DNA of 64,000 nucleotides from Patescibacteria group bacterium (GTDB taxonomy: Bacteria; Patescibacteriota; Microgenomatia; UBA1400; PJMF01), in contig JAHDXH010000001.1 in assembly GCA_023382875.1 (NCBI GenBank), positions 18,571-82,570 of the forward strand, read 5' to 3'. The translations under genes were made by a program, and so were the position numbers. Below the pieces are notes generated by a model. That model did not search any database, had not been told where the DNA came from, and saw nothing but the letters and a program-made list of their open reading frames with translations. This document shows positions 28,787 to 38,132 of this stretch, in pieces. The stretch's first letter is position 1. Every line of letters starts with the position of its first letter.

Positions 28787-30515
28787 ATTGATTAGTGCTT
28801 TTTTGTGATTCGTACATTTGGATATATTCTGGAGAACTTTTTAGTAATTGTTCATGGGTGCCTTTGGCAATTACATCTCCCTCCATCAAAACTAAGATTT
28901 GGTCATAATCTATGACAGAAGAAATTTTTTGAGTAATCGAAATCAGGGTGATGTTGGGGTAATTTTTTTTGATATTATTCAAAATATTTTTTTCAGTGTT
29001 TAGGTCGACTCTGGCAGTAAAATCATCCAAGAGTAAAACTTGTGGATTCAGTGCTAAAGCACGCGCCAACATTAGACGTTGTTTTTGACCACCTGACAAG
29101 CTTGTTCCTCTTTCAGAAACAATAGTTTTAAGTCCATCAGGTAAAGTTGAAATAAGATTTTCGAGCTCGGCAGTGGCAATGGCTTTATTGATATTTTCTG
29201 AATTGGCACTGTCGCTGAAGCCAATATTTTCTTCGATGGTTGTGTTAAATAAAACACTTTCTTGGAAAACCAAGCCAACTTTATTGAAGAAAGAGTTTTG
29301 ATCATAATCTTTTATTTTTTTGCCATCAAATAAAATTTGACCACTGGTTGGTTCTGTTAAGCCAACAATCAGTGATAAAAGCTGAGTTTTTCCTGCTGCA
29401 GTTGGTCCGATGATCGCAGTTCTGGTGCCAGCTTTGATTTTGAACGTGGTTTTGTTTAAAATGTTTTTTGTACCAATAACTAAACTTAAATCTTTTGCTT
29501 CAATAGCACCACTTAAATTCTCGGCACTTAATTTCCCGCTCTCAGTTGGGTTGGGATGATCGAAGATTTGTTGAATACGTCCATAGGATGCAGCTGATCT
29601 AGCAATAACATTGCTCATGAAACCCATCATGATGATTGGAAAAATGAGAATTCCAACGTAACTATTGAAAGCAGTGAAACTACCTAAAGTCATTTCGCCT
29701 TTAATAACAAAGTAGCCACCCAAAACAACAATCACTAAAACTGCCATTCCAGAAACAAAAGTAATTACTGGAATTAAACTGGAAAAATAGCTCAATATTT
29801 TAAGTCCAGTGTTAGTGGCTGTTTCGTTGGCTTGTTTGAATTTTTCTTTTTCTCTATCCTCTGAGTTTAGAATTCTAACAGTCGCTGATCCCAAAATACT
29901 TTCATTAATAACTTTGTTAAGCCAGTCAATAACTTCCTGACCTTTAATAAAAAGTACCTGGACTTTGCCAAAAATCACTTTAAAAGTAATGCCGATAATT
30001 GGAATGATCAAAAGTACGACTAAGGCTAATTTCCAGTCCGTAATCAAAAGTAAAATGCTAGAGCCGATAATTAAAAGCAGTGATGACACAATTCCGGCGA
30101 CTGCTTGAGCAATAAAAGTTTTGACTGCATCAATGTCTGAGGTTAGATTGGTCAGCAAAACAGCTGGGGTGAATTTTTCGATGGTGGCATTATTTTGCAA
30201 AGATATTTTTTGGGTTAGCTGTTTTCTAAGATCCAGGGCAACTCTTTCTGAGGCAATAGTTTGCATTAGGTTTTGAGCAAAAGAAAAAATAAAGATGCCA
30301 GTAATAATTAAAAAGGTTGGCAGAATTAAGTGACTAGGAAAAACACCACTGCTGGTGAAACTATCAATGCCAATGGCAATGAGTTTGGGGATGATTAGAC
30401 CTAGACCATTAGCTAAAAAAGCAAAGGCAACTAAAAGTAAACTATGTTTGGGATACTTTTTTAATAGAACAAAAACGTTTGCTGATGGTGTGGCTGGTCC
30501 GGCAGGTTTTGACAT
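28767..30515 (-). CDS. ABC exporter TMD-NBD subunit (degenerate-site partner of a heterodimer)
   Basis: GPTAAGKT, LSGGQKQ, Walker B LLDD, H-switch replaced by Q. Confidence 0.9.
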   Translation of the reverse strand: MSKPAGPATPSANVFVLLKKYPKHSLLLVAFAFLANGLGLIIPKLIAIGIDSFTSSGVFPSHLILPTFLIITGIFIFSFAQNLMQTIASERVALDLRKQLTQKISLQNNATIEKFTPAVLLTNLTSDIDAVKTFIAQAVAGIVSSLLLIIGSSILLLITDWKLALVVLLIIPIIGITFKVIFGKVQVLFIKGQEVIDWLNKVINESILGSATVRILNSEDREKEKFKQANETATNTGLKILSYFSSLIPVITFVSGMAVLVIVVLGGYFVIKGEMTLGSFTAFNSYVGILIFPIIMMGFMSNVIARSAASYGRIQQIFDHPNPTESGKLSAENLSGAIEAKDLSLVIGTKNILNKTTFKIKAGTRTAIIGPTAAGKTQLLSLIVGLTEPTSGQILFDGKKIKDYDQNSFFNKVGLVFQESVLFNTTIEENIGFSDSANSENINKAIATAELENLISTLPDGLKTIVSERGTSLSGGQKQRLMLARALALNPQVLLLDDFTARVDLNTEKNILNNIKKNYPNITLISITQKISSVIDYDQILVLMEGDVIAKGTHEQLLKSSPEYIQMYESQKSTNQYELSTD

Positions 30516-30577
30516 GGGAAATGCTAAGTCTTACGTCGGTGATTATACGCAAAATATTTATATTATGATAGATAATG

Positions 30578-31360
30578 TTAAGATTGATCGTTCAATTTTT
30601 CTTGGCTAGCGTGTCTATGCAGTTCTAAAAGTTTCCATTCAACAAAACAATGATAAAGCATGAGGTTGAGGGTTAAAAATAAGCCTCTTTTTCCATCCAG
30701 AAAACCCCTGTGTTTGATATACCTCGCTAAGAATTCTCGTAGAGGTTGATAGAAGAATGAGCGATAAGAAAATCTGTGTCCAGCTCTGTATTTTTCTCTT
30801 GCTCTAATAGATGAATAGCGGTTTTGCCTTTCAATAAAGTCAAAAAAGTTATCATAACCAAAATGAAAAATAGAATATCTAGTTTTAGAAGGAACTTGAA
30901 TTGGCTGATATTTGGTTTGTGGATAGCTGTGAATTTCTTCATGCCATTTGACATCACCTCGACTAAAAAACCTAATTTGTTTGTCTGGCCAAAAGTTTGT
31001 ATGTTTAATCCAGCGTCCGAAAAAATAATTCATTCGAGGAATATTTAAAATACCTCGACGGTGAGAGCGCGCATACCTCTTCAAATTTATTTTTAAAGTT
31101 TTGGGCAATCTTTCATCGGGATCAAGTACAAGTATCCAATCTCCAGCACACTGAGAGATGGCAAAATTTCTCACCAGTTCAACATAGGGAACAAACTTAT
31201 GCTTGATAAATTTGCATTTGAATTGACTAACTACAGACTGAGTATTGTCTGTCGATTCTAAATCGACAACCACAACTTCATCTGCCCAATTAACAACATT
31301 TCTAAGACATTTTTTGAGTTTTTTGGCTTCATTGTGAGAAACAATTACGGCTGAAATCAT
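30578..31360 (-). CDS. Glycosyltransferase family 2
   Basis: HNE, VVDLESTD, LDPDER, WPD..IR, KWHEEIH, GFLDG. Confidence 0.9.
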   Translation of the reverse strand: MISAVIVSHNEAKKLKKCLRNVVNWADEVVVVDLESTDNTQSVVSQFKCKFIKHKFVPYVELVRNFAISQCAGDWILVLDPDERLPKTLKINLKRYARSHRRGILNIPRMNYFFGRWIKHTNFWPDKQIRFFSRGDVKWHEEIHSYPQTKYQPIQVPSKTRYSIFHFGYDNFFDFIERQNRYSSIRAREKYRAGHRFSYRSFFYQPLREFLARYIKHRGFLDGKRGLFLTLNLMLYHCFVEWKLLELHRHASQEKLNDQS

Positions 31361-31363
31361 AAA

Positions 31364-32599
31364 TTAATCATCAAAAGAAAGTTTTTCCATAACTGAATTC
31401 AGCGTATTTTCACTAGAGAATTTTTTTTCATTTATTTTTGCTAGTTTAGCTTTTTCTTGAAAATTGTTTCTCAATAATTGATCACATTTTGCAAACATAT
31501 TCAACAAGGCATTTTCATCTTTGAGTTCAATTGAATAATTTTGTGGATTACTATCATAAATCATTTCCAAAATACCGTTGTTTTTTATTTGATAGTAGCG
31601 ATCATAATTTAATGCAATTGCGGGAACATTTTGTGATAAGGCAAATACCAAGCCATGGTAGCGACTGGTAATTAGTAGATCGATTCTGGAAGTAATGCTT
31701 TTGATTAAATTAGCTGGAACTGTATGTTTTGAAATTTTTCGACAGAATAAATTCCAAGTTTTTTGATTATTTTTTGCTGATGAAAGCATTTTGCTCATGA
31801 AAGTCACATCATCCCCTACCCCATTTGTTGTTAGATGATGTGGAATCAAAATGATTCTAATTTGATATTTTTTTCTTATTTTTTGGATTAATGAATTAAT
31901 CAGTTGGTGAGTTTCTTTTGAAGAATTTTTCCATTCATGAATGCTTAGTCCAATCAAAAAATAATTTCTAGGTTTCTTTTTATTCTTGTTCTTTTGTTTT
32001 GTGTAGGCACTATCCAACATTGAAATTAATTTTGATTGAGAGAGGTTTAGATCATTAAAAAACTCTCGACGATTTATTTTTGAGCGAATGCCTATGATGC
32101 TTGCCTGATTGAGCAAAACTTTGGCGATTTGTAGATCAATTTTATTGAAGGGGCCAATGGTTTGACTGGTTAAAATTACTTTTTTATTGAAAACTTTGGC
32201 TATCAGCAATACTAAAAAACAATAATATAACCATTTTCTGAAATTTGAACTTAAGTTCCCCCCGCCCGTAAAGTGGATGACGTCATTGCTGATGACTGTG
32301 GAAAGCCAAGAAAATTCTGAAGCTGAAAGCAAAGATAAATTAAAGACTTTATAAATAAAAACTTTAACCACAAAAAACAAAAAAAATGCCCAACTAGGTC
32401 TTTGTGACCAAAGTAAGTGTGGTGCAAAGTTTATGTAATGATCGTTGTTTTTGAACCAAGTGAGCGCACTAATTTCCCAGTCAGGATGATTGTCTTTGTA
32501 CCAAAGATATGTTTCATAAAACATTGCTTCGTCACCAACATGATAATATCGTTCCTGCTCGTGCCCACCAATATCTGCAAACAAAAGAATTTTTTTCAT
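31364..32599 (-). CDS. Polysaccharide pyruvyl transferase family protein
   Basis: HVGDEAM, TGGGNL, SQTIGP, TSRYHG. Confidence 0.85.
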   Translation of the reverse strand: MKKILLFADIGGHEQERYYHVGDEAMFYETYLWYKDNHPDWEISALTWFKNNDHYINFAPHLLWSQRPSWAFFLFFVVKVFIYKVFNLSLLSASEFSWLSTVISNDVIHFTGGGNLSSNFRKWLYYCFLVLLIAKVFNKKVILTSQTIGPFNKIDLQIAKVLLNQASIIGIRSKINRREFFNDLNLSQSKLISMLDSAYTKQKNKNKKKPRNYFLIGLSIHEWKNSSKETHQLINSLIQKIRKKYQIRIILIPHHLTTNGVGDDVTFMSKMLSSAKNNQKTWNLFCRKISKHTVPANLIKSITSRIDLLITSRYHGLVFALSQNVPAIALNYDRYYQIKNNGILEMIYDSNPQNYSIELKDENALLNMFAKCDQLLRNNFQEKAKLAKINEKKFSSENTLNSVMEKLSFDD

Positions 32600-32663
32600 A
32601 TGAGAGTGCAAAGTAATGGCCACTATACTGAAAATGTTATTAATCTGGTAGAGTCAAGTAGTT

Positions 32664-33179
32664 ATGAAATTTGATGCGGTTATTGTTTTGGCGGGAGGAA
32701 TTCAAAAGAATGGTGCTTTGCCAATGACGGTCAAGCAAAGAATTGACTTGGCTTATCAACTTTTTAGAATGAATGTTGCTGACAAATTTGTTTTTTCTGG
32801 AAAATGGAGCGTGTATTGGGATCATTTTCCACCGTCAAGGACAGAGGCTCAATTGATGAAAAACTACGCCGTAAAACTTGGCTTTAACTCAGAATCTATT
32901 TTTGTCGAAGAACACTCTCAAAATACTTTTGAGAATGCTTTTTATGCGATTAAGTTGTTTACCGAACCAAATAAATGGAAAAAAGTCTTAGTCATTACCT
33001 CCGACTTTCATTTGCAAAGATGTAAGAAGATTTTTAACTATTTGGGTAGTTCGAATGAGCATTTCTACTTTTTGGGGGCAAAAACAGATGCAAACCTTTT
33101 TAAGAAAACAAAATGGACCATCAAAGAAAAATTTTTATCAAACACGCAGTGGCTTTTCCAATACTTTCTTGATCGCTGA
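32664..33179 (+). CDS. YdcF/DUF218 family protein
   Basis: VIVLAGG, FSG, TEAQLM, EEHSQNTFENA, TSDFHLQR. Confidence 0.88.
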   Translation: MKFDAVIVLAGGIQKNGALPMTVKQRIDLAYQLFRMNVADKFVFSGKWSVYWDHFPPSRTEAQLMKNYAVKLGFNSESIFVEEHSQNTFENAFYAIKLFTEPNKWKKVLVITSDFHLQRCKKIFNYLGSSNEHFYFLGAKTDANLFKKTKWTIKEKFLSNTQWLFQYFLDR

Positions 33180-34313
33180 TAAAATTTCTAAATCAACTTT
33201 TTTCATATTTTTTAAGCTTTTGTAAAGGTGTTGCCATTCTTCATAAACATGTCCAACCAATCTGATTTTTTCTAAATCATTGATTTGGATTGGTAAAAAT
33301 GTGGGAGTTTCATCAATGTTTAGTGCGGTTAGGTTTAGTTTGGTTTTCAAACACTTTTGACATTTTGAGCAGTTATAAATTAATTCTTTACTTCTAACAT
33401 TTTCCCAACAAACTCGAACGTTATCTAAAAATAATTGTTTATGGTTGGTTTTAATAATTTGAGCCAGCTTTTTCTCTCTGGATAAATTATGACCGACGAG
33501 TTCAACTAGTTTGTCTTTGGTTGAGTAAAGTTTATCTACGCCAAATCTTAGTCCCCAATCCGCAGCCTCAAAAGACTCGCCACTAATAAAAATAAGGTTT
33601 GTCTTTAAAAGATGATGAACAGCGACTAGAGCTGACACATGAAACCTACCCCAGCCAATTACTGAATCAGAAGTAAGACGTAAGTTTGTTGAAGCAAAAA
33701 TTGGGACAGTTTTTGTTTCCTTTGAAACATTGGTGATTTTTTGATGAACATTGTTTAGAAAGTTTTTTTGGTAAAAAGGAATATCGTAGCCATCGATATA
33801 AATAAGTCGCTTCACTTTTTCTGACGATTTGTGACAAAGCAATGTATAAAAAGAATCAACCCCTAGGGTGAAGAACTGAGCTGCGCCTTCATAATCAGTA
33901 TAGTCTTTGACGGAGTTTTTTTGGACTTTAGTAAATATTTTTAATTTTCTCTTAGAAATTTCATGGTAATACTTTTCGATCTCTCTGGTTTTTTTAAGTA
34001 TTTCTGGATTAACTTTTCCTTTGAAAACTAAGTCTTCGTTGGTAGCAATGGCCATCGGCAAGGCAATCAAATAAAAAGCATCAAAGGCATTCTGCGGTTC
34101 AGAATGTTCGATTGGTATTTCAAACCAAATTCTTTTTCTTGTAGTAAAGCCAAAGCGCCAAGCTTGGTATGGGTTAGTTAAAGCTTTGTAAAACCACTTG
34201 CACCAAAAAATAATTTTTTCTCTTCTACCTCCATATGGGTTATCAAAAATGAAATCTGCTGAAAACTTATAAGAGTGGGAATTTTTAGTGGTAGTGATTT
34301 GTGTGACGAGCAT
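33138..34313 (-). CDS. Adenine-nucleotide alpha-hydrolase-like protein of polysaccharide loci
   Basis: FFTLGVDSF PP-loop-like motif, VCW...NCSKCQKC Zn site. Confidence 0.55.
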   Translation of the reverse strand: MLVTQITTTKNSHSYKFSADFIFDNPYGGRREKIIFWCKWFYKALTNPYQAWRFGFTTRKRIWFEIPIEHSEPQNAFDAFYLIALPMAIATNEDLVFKGKVNPEILKKTREIEKYYHEISKRKLKIFTKVQKNSVKDYTDYEGAAQFFTLGVDSFYTLLCHKSSEKVKRLIYIDGYDIPFYQKNFLNNVHQKITNVSKETKTVPIFASTNLRLTSDSVIGWGRFHVSALVAVHHLLKTNLIFISGESFEAADWGLRFGVDKLYSTKDKLVELVGHNLSREKKLAQIIKTNHKQLFLDNVRVCWENVRSKELIYNCSKCQKCLKTKLNLTALNIDETPTFLPIQINDLEKIRLVGHVYEEWQHLYKSLKNMKKVDLEILSAIKKVLEKPLRV

Positions 34314-34339
34314 GGCTGGATATCTGATATTCTATCAGT

Positions 34340-35095
34340 ATGAATTGGGAGTTATTAATTGAGTTAACTAAGCGAGAAATAAAACAGCGTTATAAGCAAT
34401 CTGTCCTTGGTTATGCGTGGGTTATTTTGAATCCGTTAGCACAAATGCTAGCCATGGCTTTTGTTTTTTCTAGAATTTTGCCGGTTTCAAATCTTAGTGT
34501 TCCTTACCCTATTTTTTTGTATGTCGGTTTATTGCCGTGGACATTGCTAAGTGGCACTTTGGTTGCTAGTGCAAACTCATTAATTGGAAATGGTAAGTTG
34601 CTAACAAAAATCTATCTACCCAGAAAAGTTTTTATTCAAAGTACAATCTTAGCTAAGATGGTCGATTTTTTTCTTGCTGCTTTGCTTTTGGTGATATTCA
34701 TGGTGTTTTTCAAAGTACAAATTAAGCCAACTATTGTTTGGTTTTTTCCCATATTTTTTATCCAATCACTTTTTACTTATGGTGTGTCAATTTTAATTGC
34801 AACGTTCAATCTTTTTTATCGCGACGTTCAGTATTTACTCAATTTTTTAATTATGATTTGGATGTACTTAACCCCAATAATTTATCCTCAGTCATTTTTC
34901 CCTAGCCACTATCACTGGCTTTTTGCGATTAATCCAATGGCAGTTTTTATTACATCCTATCGCAGAGTAATTTTCGAAGGATTGTCGCCCGACCTATGGA
35001 GTTTGTTAACAAGCTTAGTCGTCTCATTGGTCATTTTTGGATTGGCCAATTTGGTATTCAAAAAACTAGAAGGGAGATTTGCCGATGCCCTCTAA
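34340..35095 (+). CDS. wzm: ABC-2 polysaccharide exporter permease
   Basis: RYKQSVLGYAWVILNP, YRDVQY, TPIIYP, NP. Confidence 0.88.
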   Translation: MNWELLIELTKREIKQRYKQSVLGYAWVILNPLAQMLAMAFVFSRILPVSNLSVPYPIFLYVGLLPWTLLSGTLVASANSLIGNGKLLTKIYLPRKVFIQSTILAKMVDFFLAALLLVIFMVFFKVQIKPTIVWFFPIFFIQSLFTYGVSILIATFNLFYRDVQYLLNFLIMIWMYLTPIIYPQSFFPSHYHWLFAINPMAVFITSYRRVIFEGLSPDLWSLLTSLVVSLVIFGLANLVFKKLEGRFADAL

Positions 35096-35831
35096 ATTTT
35101 CGATAAAAATCACCAATGTTTCAAAGCTCTTTCATCGTCAAAATCAGTATACGATTAAGGAGCTATTGCCAGCTTTTTTGAGAGGAAAACAAACTAGAAA
35201 AAGTTTTTGGGCTTTAAACAAAATTAATATAAAAATTGCGCAAGGTGAAAGTTTTGGCATTGTTGGTCTCAATGGTTCTGGCAAGTCAACTTTGTTGAAA
35301 ATGATTGCGGGTGTGAGTGAACAAACAGAAGGTAGCATAGAAGTTAACGGCAGAATTGCGCCACTGATTGAACTGGGAGCTGGTTTTCATCCAGAACTTA
35401 CTGGCCGTGAAAATATTTTTTTGAACGGAATTATTTTGGGCTTAAAGAGAAAAGAAATAAAAGAAAGGTTCGACAAGATTGTAGAATTTTCTGAATTGGA
35501 TAAGTTTATCGATCAGCCCGTCAAACATTATTCTTCTGGAATGTATTTACGACTGGCCTACTCTGTGGCTATTCATACTGATCCAGATATTTTATTGATT
35601 GATGAAATTTTAGCTGTAGGTGATGAAGCCTTTCAAAAAAAATGTCTTAATAAAGTTCGTGATTTACAAAAACAGGGCGTGTCAATAGTAATTGTTTCCC
35701 ACGATCAAAAAATTATTAGAGACTTTACAACCAGAGTTTTGTTGTTGGAAAAGGGCGAGCAAATTTTTGTAGGGCCAACTAAACAGGCGTTGGAAAAATA
35801 CTCACGATCTATTGAATCTGGTGTAAAATAA
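35079..35831 (+). CDS. wzt: ABC-2 polysaccharide exporter ATPase
   Basis: GLNGSGKST, ELTGREN, YSSGMYLRLA, IDEILAVGD. Confidence 0.9.
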   Translation: MPMPSKFSIKITNVSKLFHRQNQYTIKELLPAFLRGKQTRKSFWALNKINIKIAQGESFGIVGLNGSGKSTLLKMIAGVSEQTEGSIEVNGRIAPLIELGAGFHPELTGRENIFLNGIILGLKRKEIKERFDKIVEFSELDKFIDQPVKHYSSGMYLRLAYSVAIHTDPDILLIDEILAVGDEAFQKKCLNKVRDLQKQGVSIVIVSHDQKIIRDFTTRVLLLEKGEQIFVGPTKQALEKYSRSIESGVK

Positions 35832-35837
35832 ACACAT

Positions 35838-36602
35838 ATGTATGGATTAAAAGTTTTAAGTAAGTTAAATCAAAAAAAATACCGACAAGAGTTTGGTTGT
35901 TTCATTGTAGAAGGAAAAAAGGGAGTTTTTGATGCGGTGGTTTCAGATGCTGTTGTTGTTCAATTGGTTACATCCGAAGCTTTTGTAAGACAGCAAAAAG
36001 AATATTGTCTTCAGTCGGAAATTAAATCTTTTTTTGATCAAAAAAAAGTTCTTTTTGTTTCTGATTCTGAGTTTGCTCATTTAGTAGAAACTGTTACTCC
36101 ACAAGGTGTGGCGGCAGTTGTTGAAATTAAAGAATCTAAAATTGATGATTTTAAAAATGGTAGTTTGCTGGTTTTACTTGAAGACGTCAGAGATCCTGGC
36201 AACGTAGGAACAATGATTAGAACGGCAGATTGGTTTGGTGTTGATGGCGTGATTTTTGTTGGTGGTGCTGATCCATATCAACCAAAGGTTGTTCGTTCTA
36301 GCATGGGCTCAATTTTTCACGTCCCAATTTTTATTTCTCAAAATATTGAGGCAGAAGTTGTTAAATTAAAAGAACTAGGCTTCGAATTAGTCGTTACAAG
36401 ACCAGAAGTTGCTGATGCTCAATTGTCCCCCACATTATCAGAACAAAAATTATGCATTGCCTTTGGCAGCGAAGCTCATGGTACGTCTGCTAAATTGGAT
36501 AATTTGGCCGACCGTGCTTTGAGTATCAAAAAATTTGGTCAAGCTGAGTCACTTAATGTGGCTGTTAGTTTTGGGATTGTTTTAAATGATTTAAGAAAAT
36601 AA
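35838..36602 (+). CDS. TrmH/SpoU RNA 2'-O-methyltransferase
   Basis: DPGNVGTMIRTA, RSSMGS, GSEAHG, ESLNVAV. Confidence 0.92.
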   Translation: MYGLKVLSKLNQKKYRQEFGCFIVEGKKGVFDAVVSDAVVVQLVTSEAFVRQQKEYCLQSEIKSFFDQKKVLFVSDSEFAHLVETVTPQGVAAVVEIKESKIDDFKNGSLLVLLEDVRDPGNVGTMIRTADWFGVDGVIFVGGADPYQPKVVRSSMGSIFHVPIFISQNIEAEVVKLKELGFELVVTRPEVADAQLSPTLSEQKLCIAFGSEAHGTSAKLDNLADRALSIKKFGQAESLNVAVSFGIVLNDLRK

Positions 36603-36624
36603 ATTATCGAAAGACTATGGTGTT

Positions 36625-36843
36625 ATGAGTAATTTTCAAACTGGAACCTACCAACATTACAAAGGTAATAAATATTTGGTGCTAGGTGTCGCAAAGCACA
36701 GTGAAACTTTGGAGGATTTAGTTGTTTATATTTCACTTTATGAAAATGATTTGGCCAGCATGTGGGTTAGGCCACTAAAAATGTTCACCGAAAATGTTGT
36801 GGTTGATGGCAAAAGTGTGCCGAGGTTTAGAAAGTTGGACTAA
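36625..36843 (+). CDS. DUF1653 protein
   Basis: YQHYKG..Y, HSETLE, WVRP..MF, RF. Confidence 0.88.
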   Translation: MSNFQTGTYQHYKGNKYLVLGVAKHSETLEDLVVYISLYENDLASMWVRPLKMFTENVVVDGKSVPRFRKLD

Positions 36844-36853
36844 TTTTAATAAA

Positions 36854-37477
36854 ATGAGAAGACTTTTATTAGCATCGTATGCAGCTTATACATTAGATTT
36901 GATTAGTGAATGGTTTTCAAAGCCAGTAAGTGAGCTAACTGCTGCAGTTATTACGACCGCAGCCGATCCATACAATGATAAAAGCTTTGTTGACGTCGAT
37001 CGAAATAAATTAGTAAAAATGGGTTTTGAAGTCGTCAACATTGATTTGAAAAATAAAACCTTGTCTGATTTGAAAAGTGAGTTGGAAAATATCGACTTAA
37101 TTTTGATGGCTGGTGGCAATACTTTTTACTTACTAGATCATATAAGGAAAAGTGGTTTTGATGTTTTATTGCCCGATTTATTGGATAAAGGTGTAATTTA
37201 TGTTGGCTCCAGTGCTGGCTCGTTGGTTTGTTGTTCGACTATTGAAAGTGCCAAGAGATTTGATGACACAACTATAGCGCCTGATTTAAAAAATTATATT
37301 GGTTTGGGTTTTTTTGATAAAGCAATTATTCCTCACGCTCAGAAAGAAAAATATTTCGAAAGAATCGAGTTAACTAAAAATGAGATGAAGGAAGTTGGAC
37401 AAGAAGTTGTTATTTTGACCGACGATGAAGCGATTATGATTACTGGTGACGAAGTTAAAAAAGTTGCGAAAATGTAG
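36854..37477 (+). CDS. Peptidase E (S51 family)
   Basis: GGNTFYL, GSSAGS, PH; start at ATG 36854. Confidence 0.85.
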   Translation: MRRLLLASYAAYTLDLISEWFSKPVSELTAAVITTAADPYNDKSFVDVDRNKLVKMGFEVVNIDLKNKTLSDLKSELENIDLILMAGGNTFYLLDHIRKSGFDVLLPDLLDKGVIYVGSSAGSLVCCSTIESAKRFDDTTIAPDLKNYIGLGFFDKAIIPHAQKEKYFERIELTKNEMKEVGQEVVILTDDEAIMITGDEVKKVAKM

Positions 37478-37478
37478 T

Positions 37479-37566
37479 TGGCGGAGGGGGCGGGATTCGA
37501 ACCCGCGGCAGCTTTCACCGCGGCGGTTTAGTAAACCGCTGCACTAGGCCACTATGCGACCCCTCC
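37479..37566 (-). tRNA. tRNA-Ser with anticodon ACT, CCA encoded
   Basis: GGAGGGG TC GCA TAGTGGCCTAG TGC A GCGGT TTACTAA ACCGC long variable arm GCGGG TTCGAAT CCCGC CCCCTCC G CCA; G73 and type II arm give Ser identity. Confidence 0.92.
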
Positions 37567-37669
37567 TGAAGTAGGCTGAAGATATATTTTATCACGTTTC
37601 CCCCATCTTATTGCTTGATCTTGATCGATCTATTTGCAGGTCTATGTTGCTGTCTGCTACTATTAATAC

Positions 37670-38128
37670 GTGCTAATCAAAGAAATTTACAAAAAGAATC
37701 CCAAAACAGTTTCCTCTTCAGCCACTATAGAAGAAGTGATTGACTCATTAATTAAAAATGACATTAACGGTTTAATCGTGGTTAATGATAATGGTGTAGT
37801 GAAAGGCGTCGTTTCTTTGCAAGATATTGCCGCCGCCACCATTCCCCGTCAGTTCAAAAATAACATTCGGATGGCGGCGGCCATGTACAAAAAAGGCTTC
37901 TTTACTGAAATGTGCCAAGGTCTCATGCATAAGACTGTAGCCACCGTTATGAGAAAAGAGTTTGTGGCTGTTGGATTGGAAGATAATATTATGGCTGTGA
38001 CTGCTGATTTTTTGAAAAACGATCTTTATATCGTTCCGGTTATCGAAGATAAAAAGTTATTAGGAGTTGTGACTCGTACTGAGATTAAACATGCCATCGC
38101 ATACGGCATGAGATCGATGCATAAATAA
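37670..38128 (+). CDS. CBS-domain pair protein
   Basis: Two CBS repeats (GVVSLQDI; GVVTRTEI). Confidence 0.85.
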   Translation: MLIKEIYKKNPKTVSSSATIEEVIDSLIKNDINGLIVVNDNGVVKGVVSLQDIAAATIPRQFKNNIRMAAAMYKKGFFTEMCQGLMHKTVATVMRKEFVAVGLEDNIMAVTADFLKNDLYIVPVIEDKKLLGVVTRTEIKHAIAYGMRSMHK

Positions 38129-38132
38129 ATAT

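Noticed and set aside
36190-36240. AGA reassigned to Ser because of tRNA-Ser(ACT)
   Set aside because: AGA encodes the invariant Arg of the TrmH IRTA motif and other conserved Arg positions.
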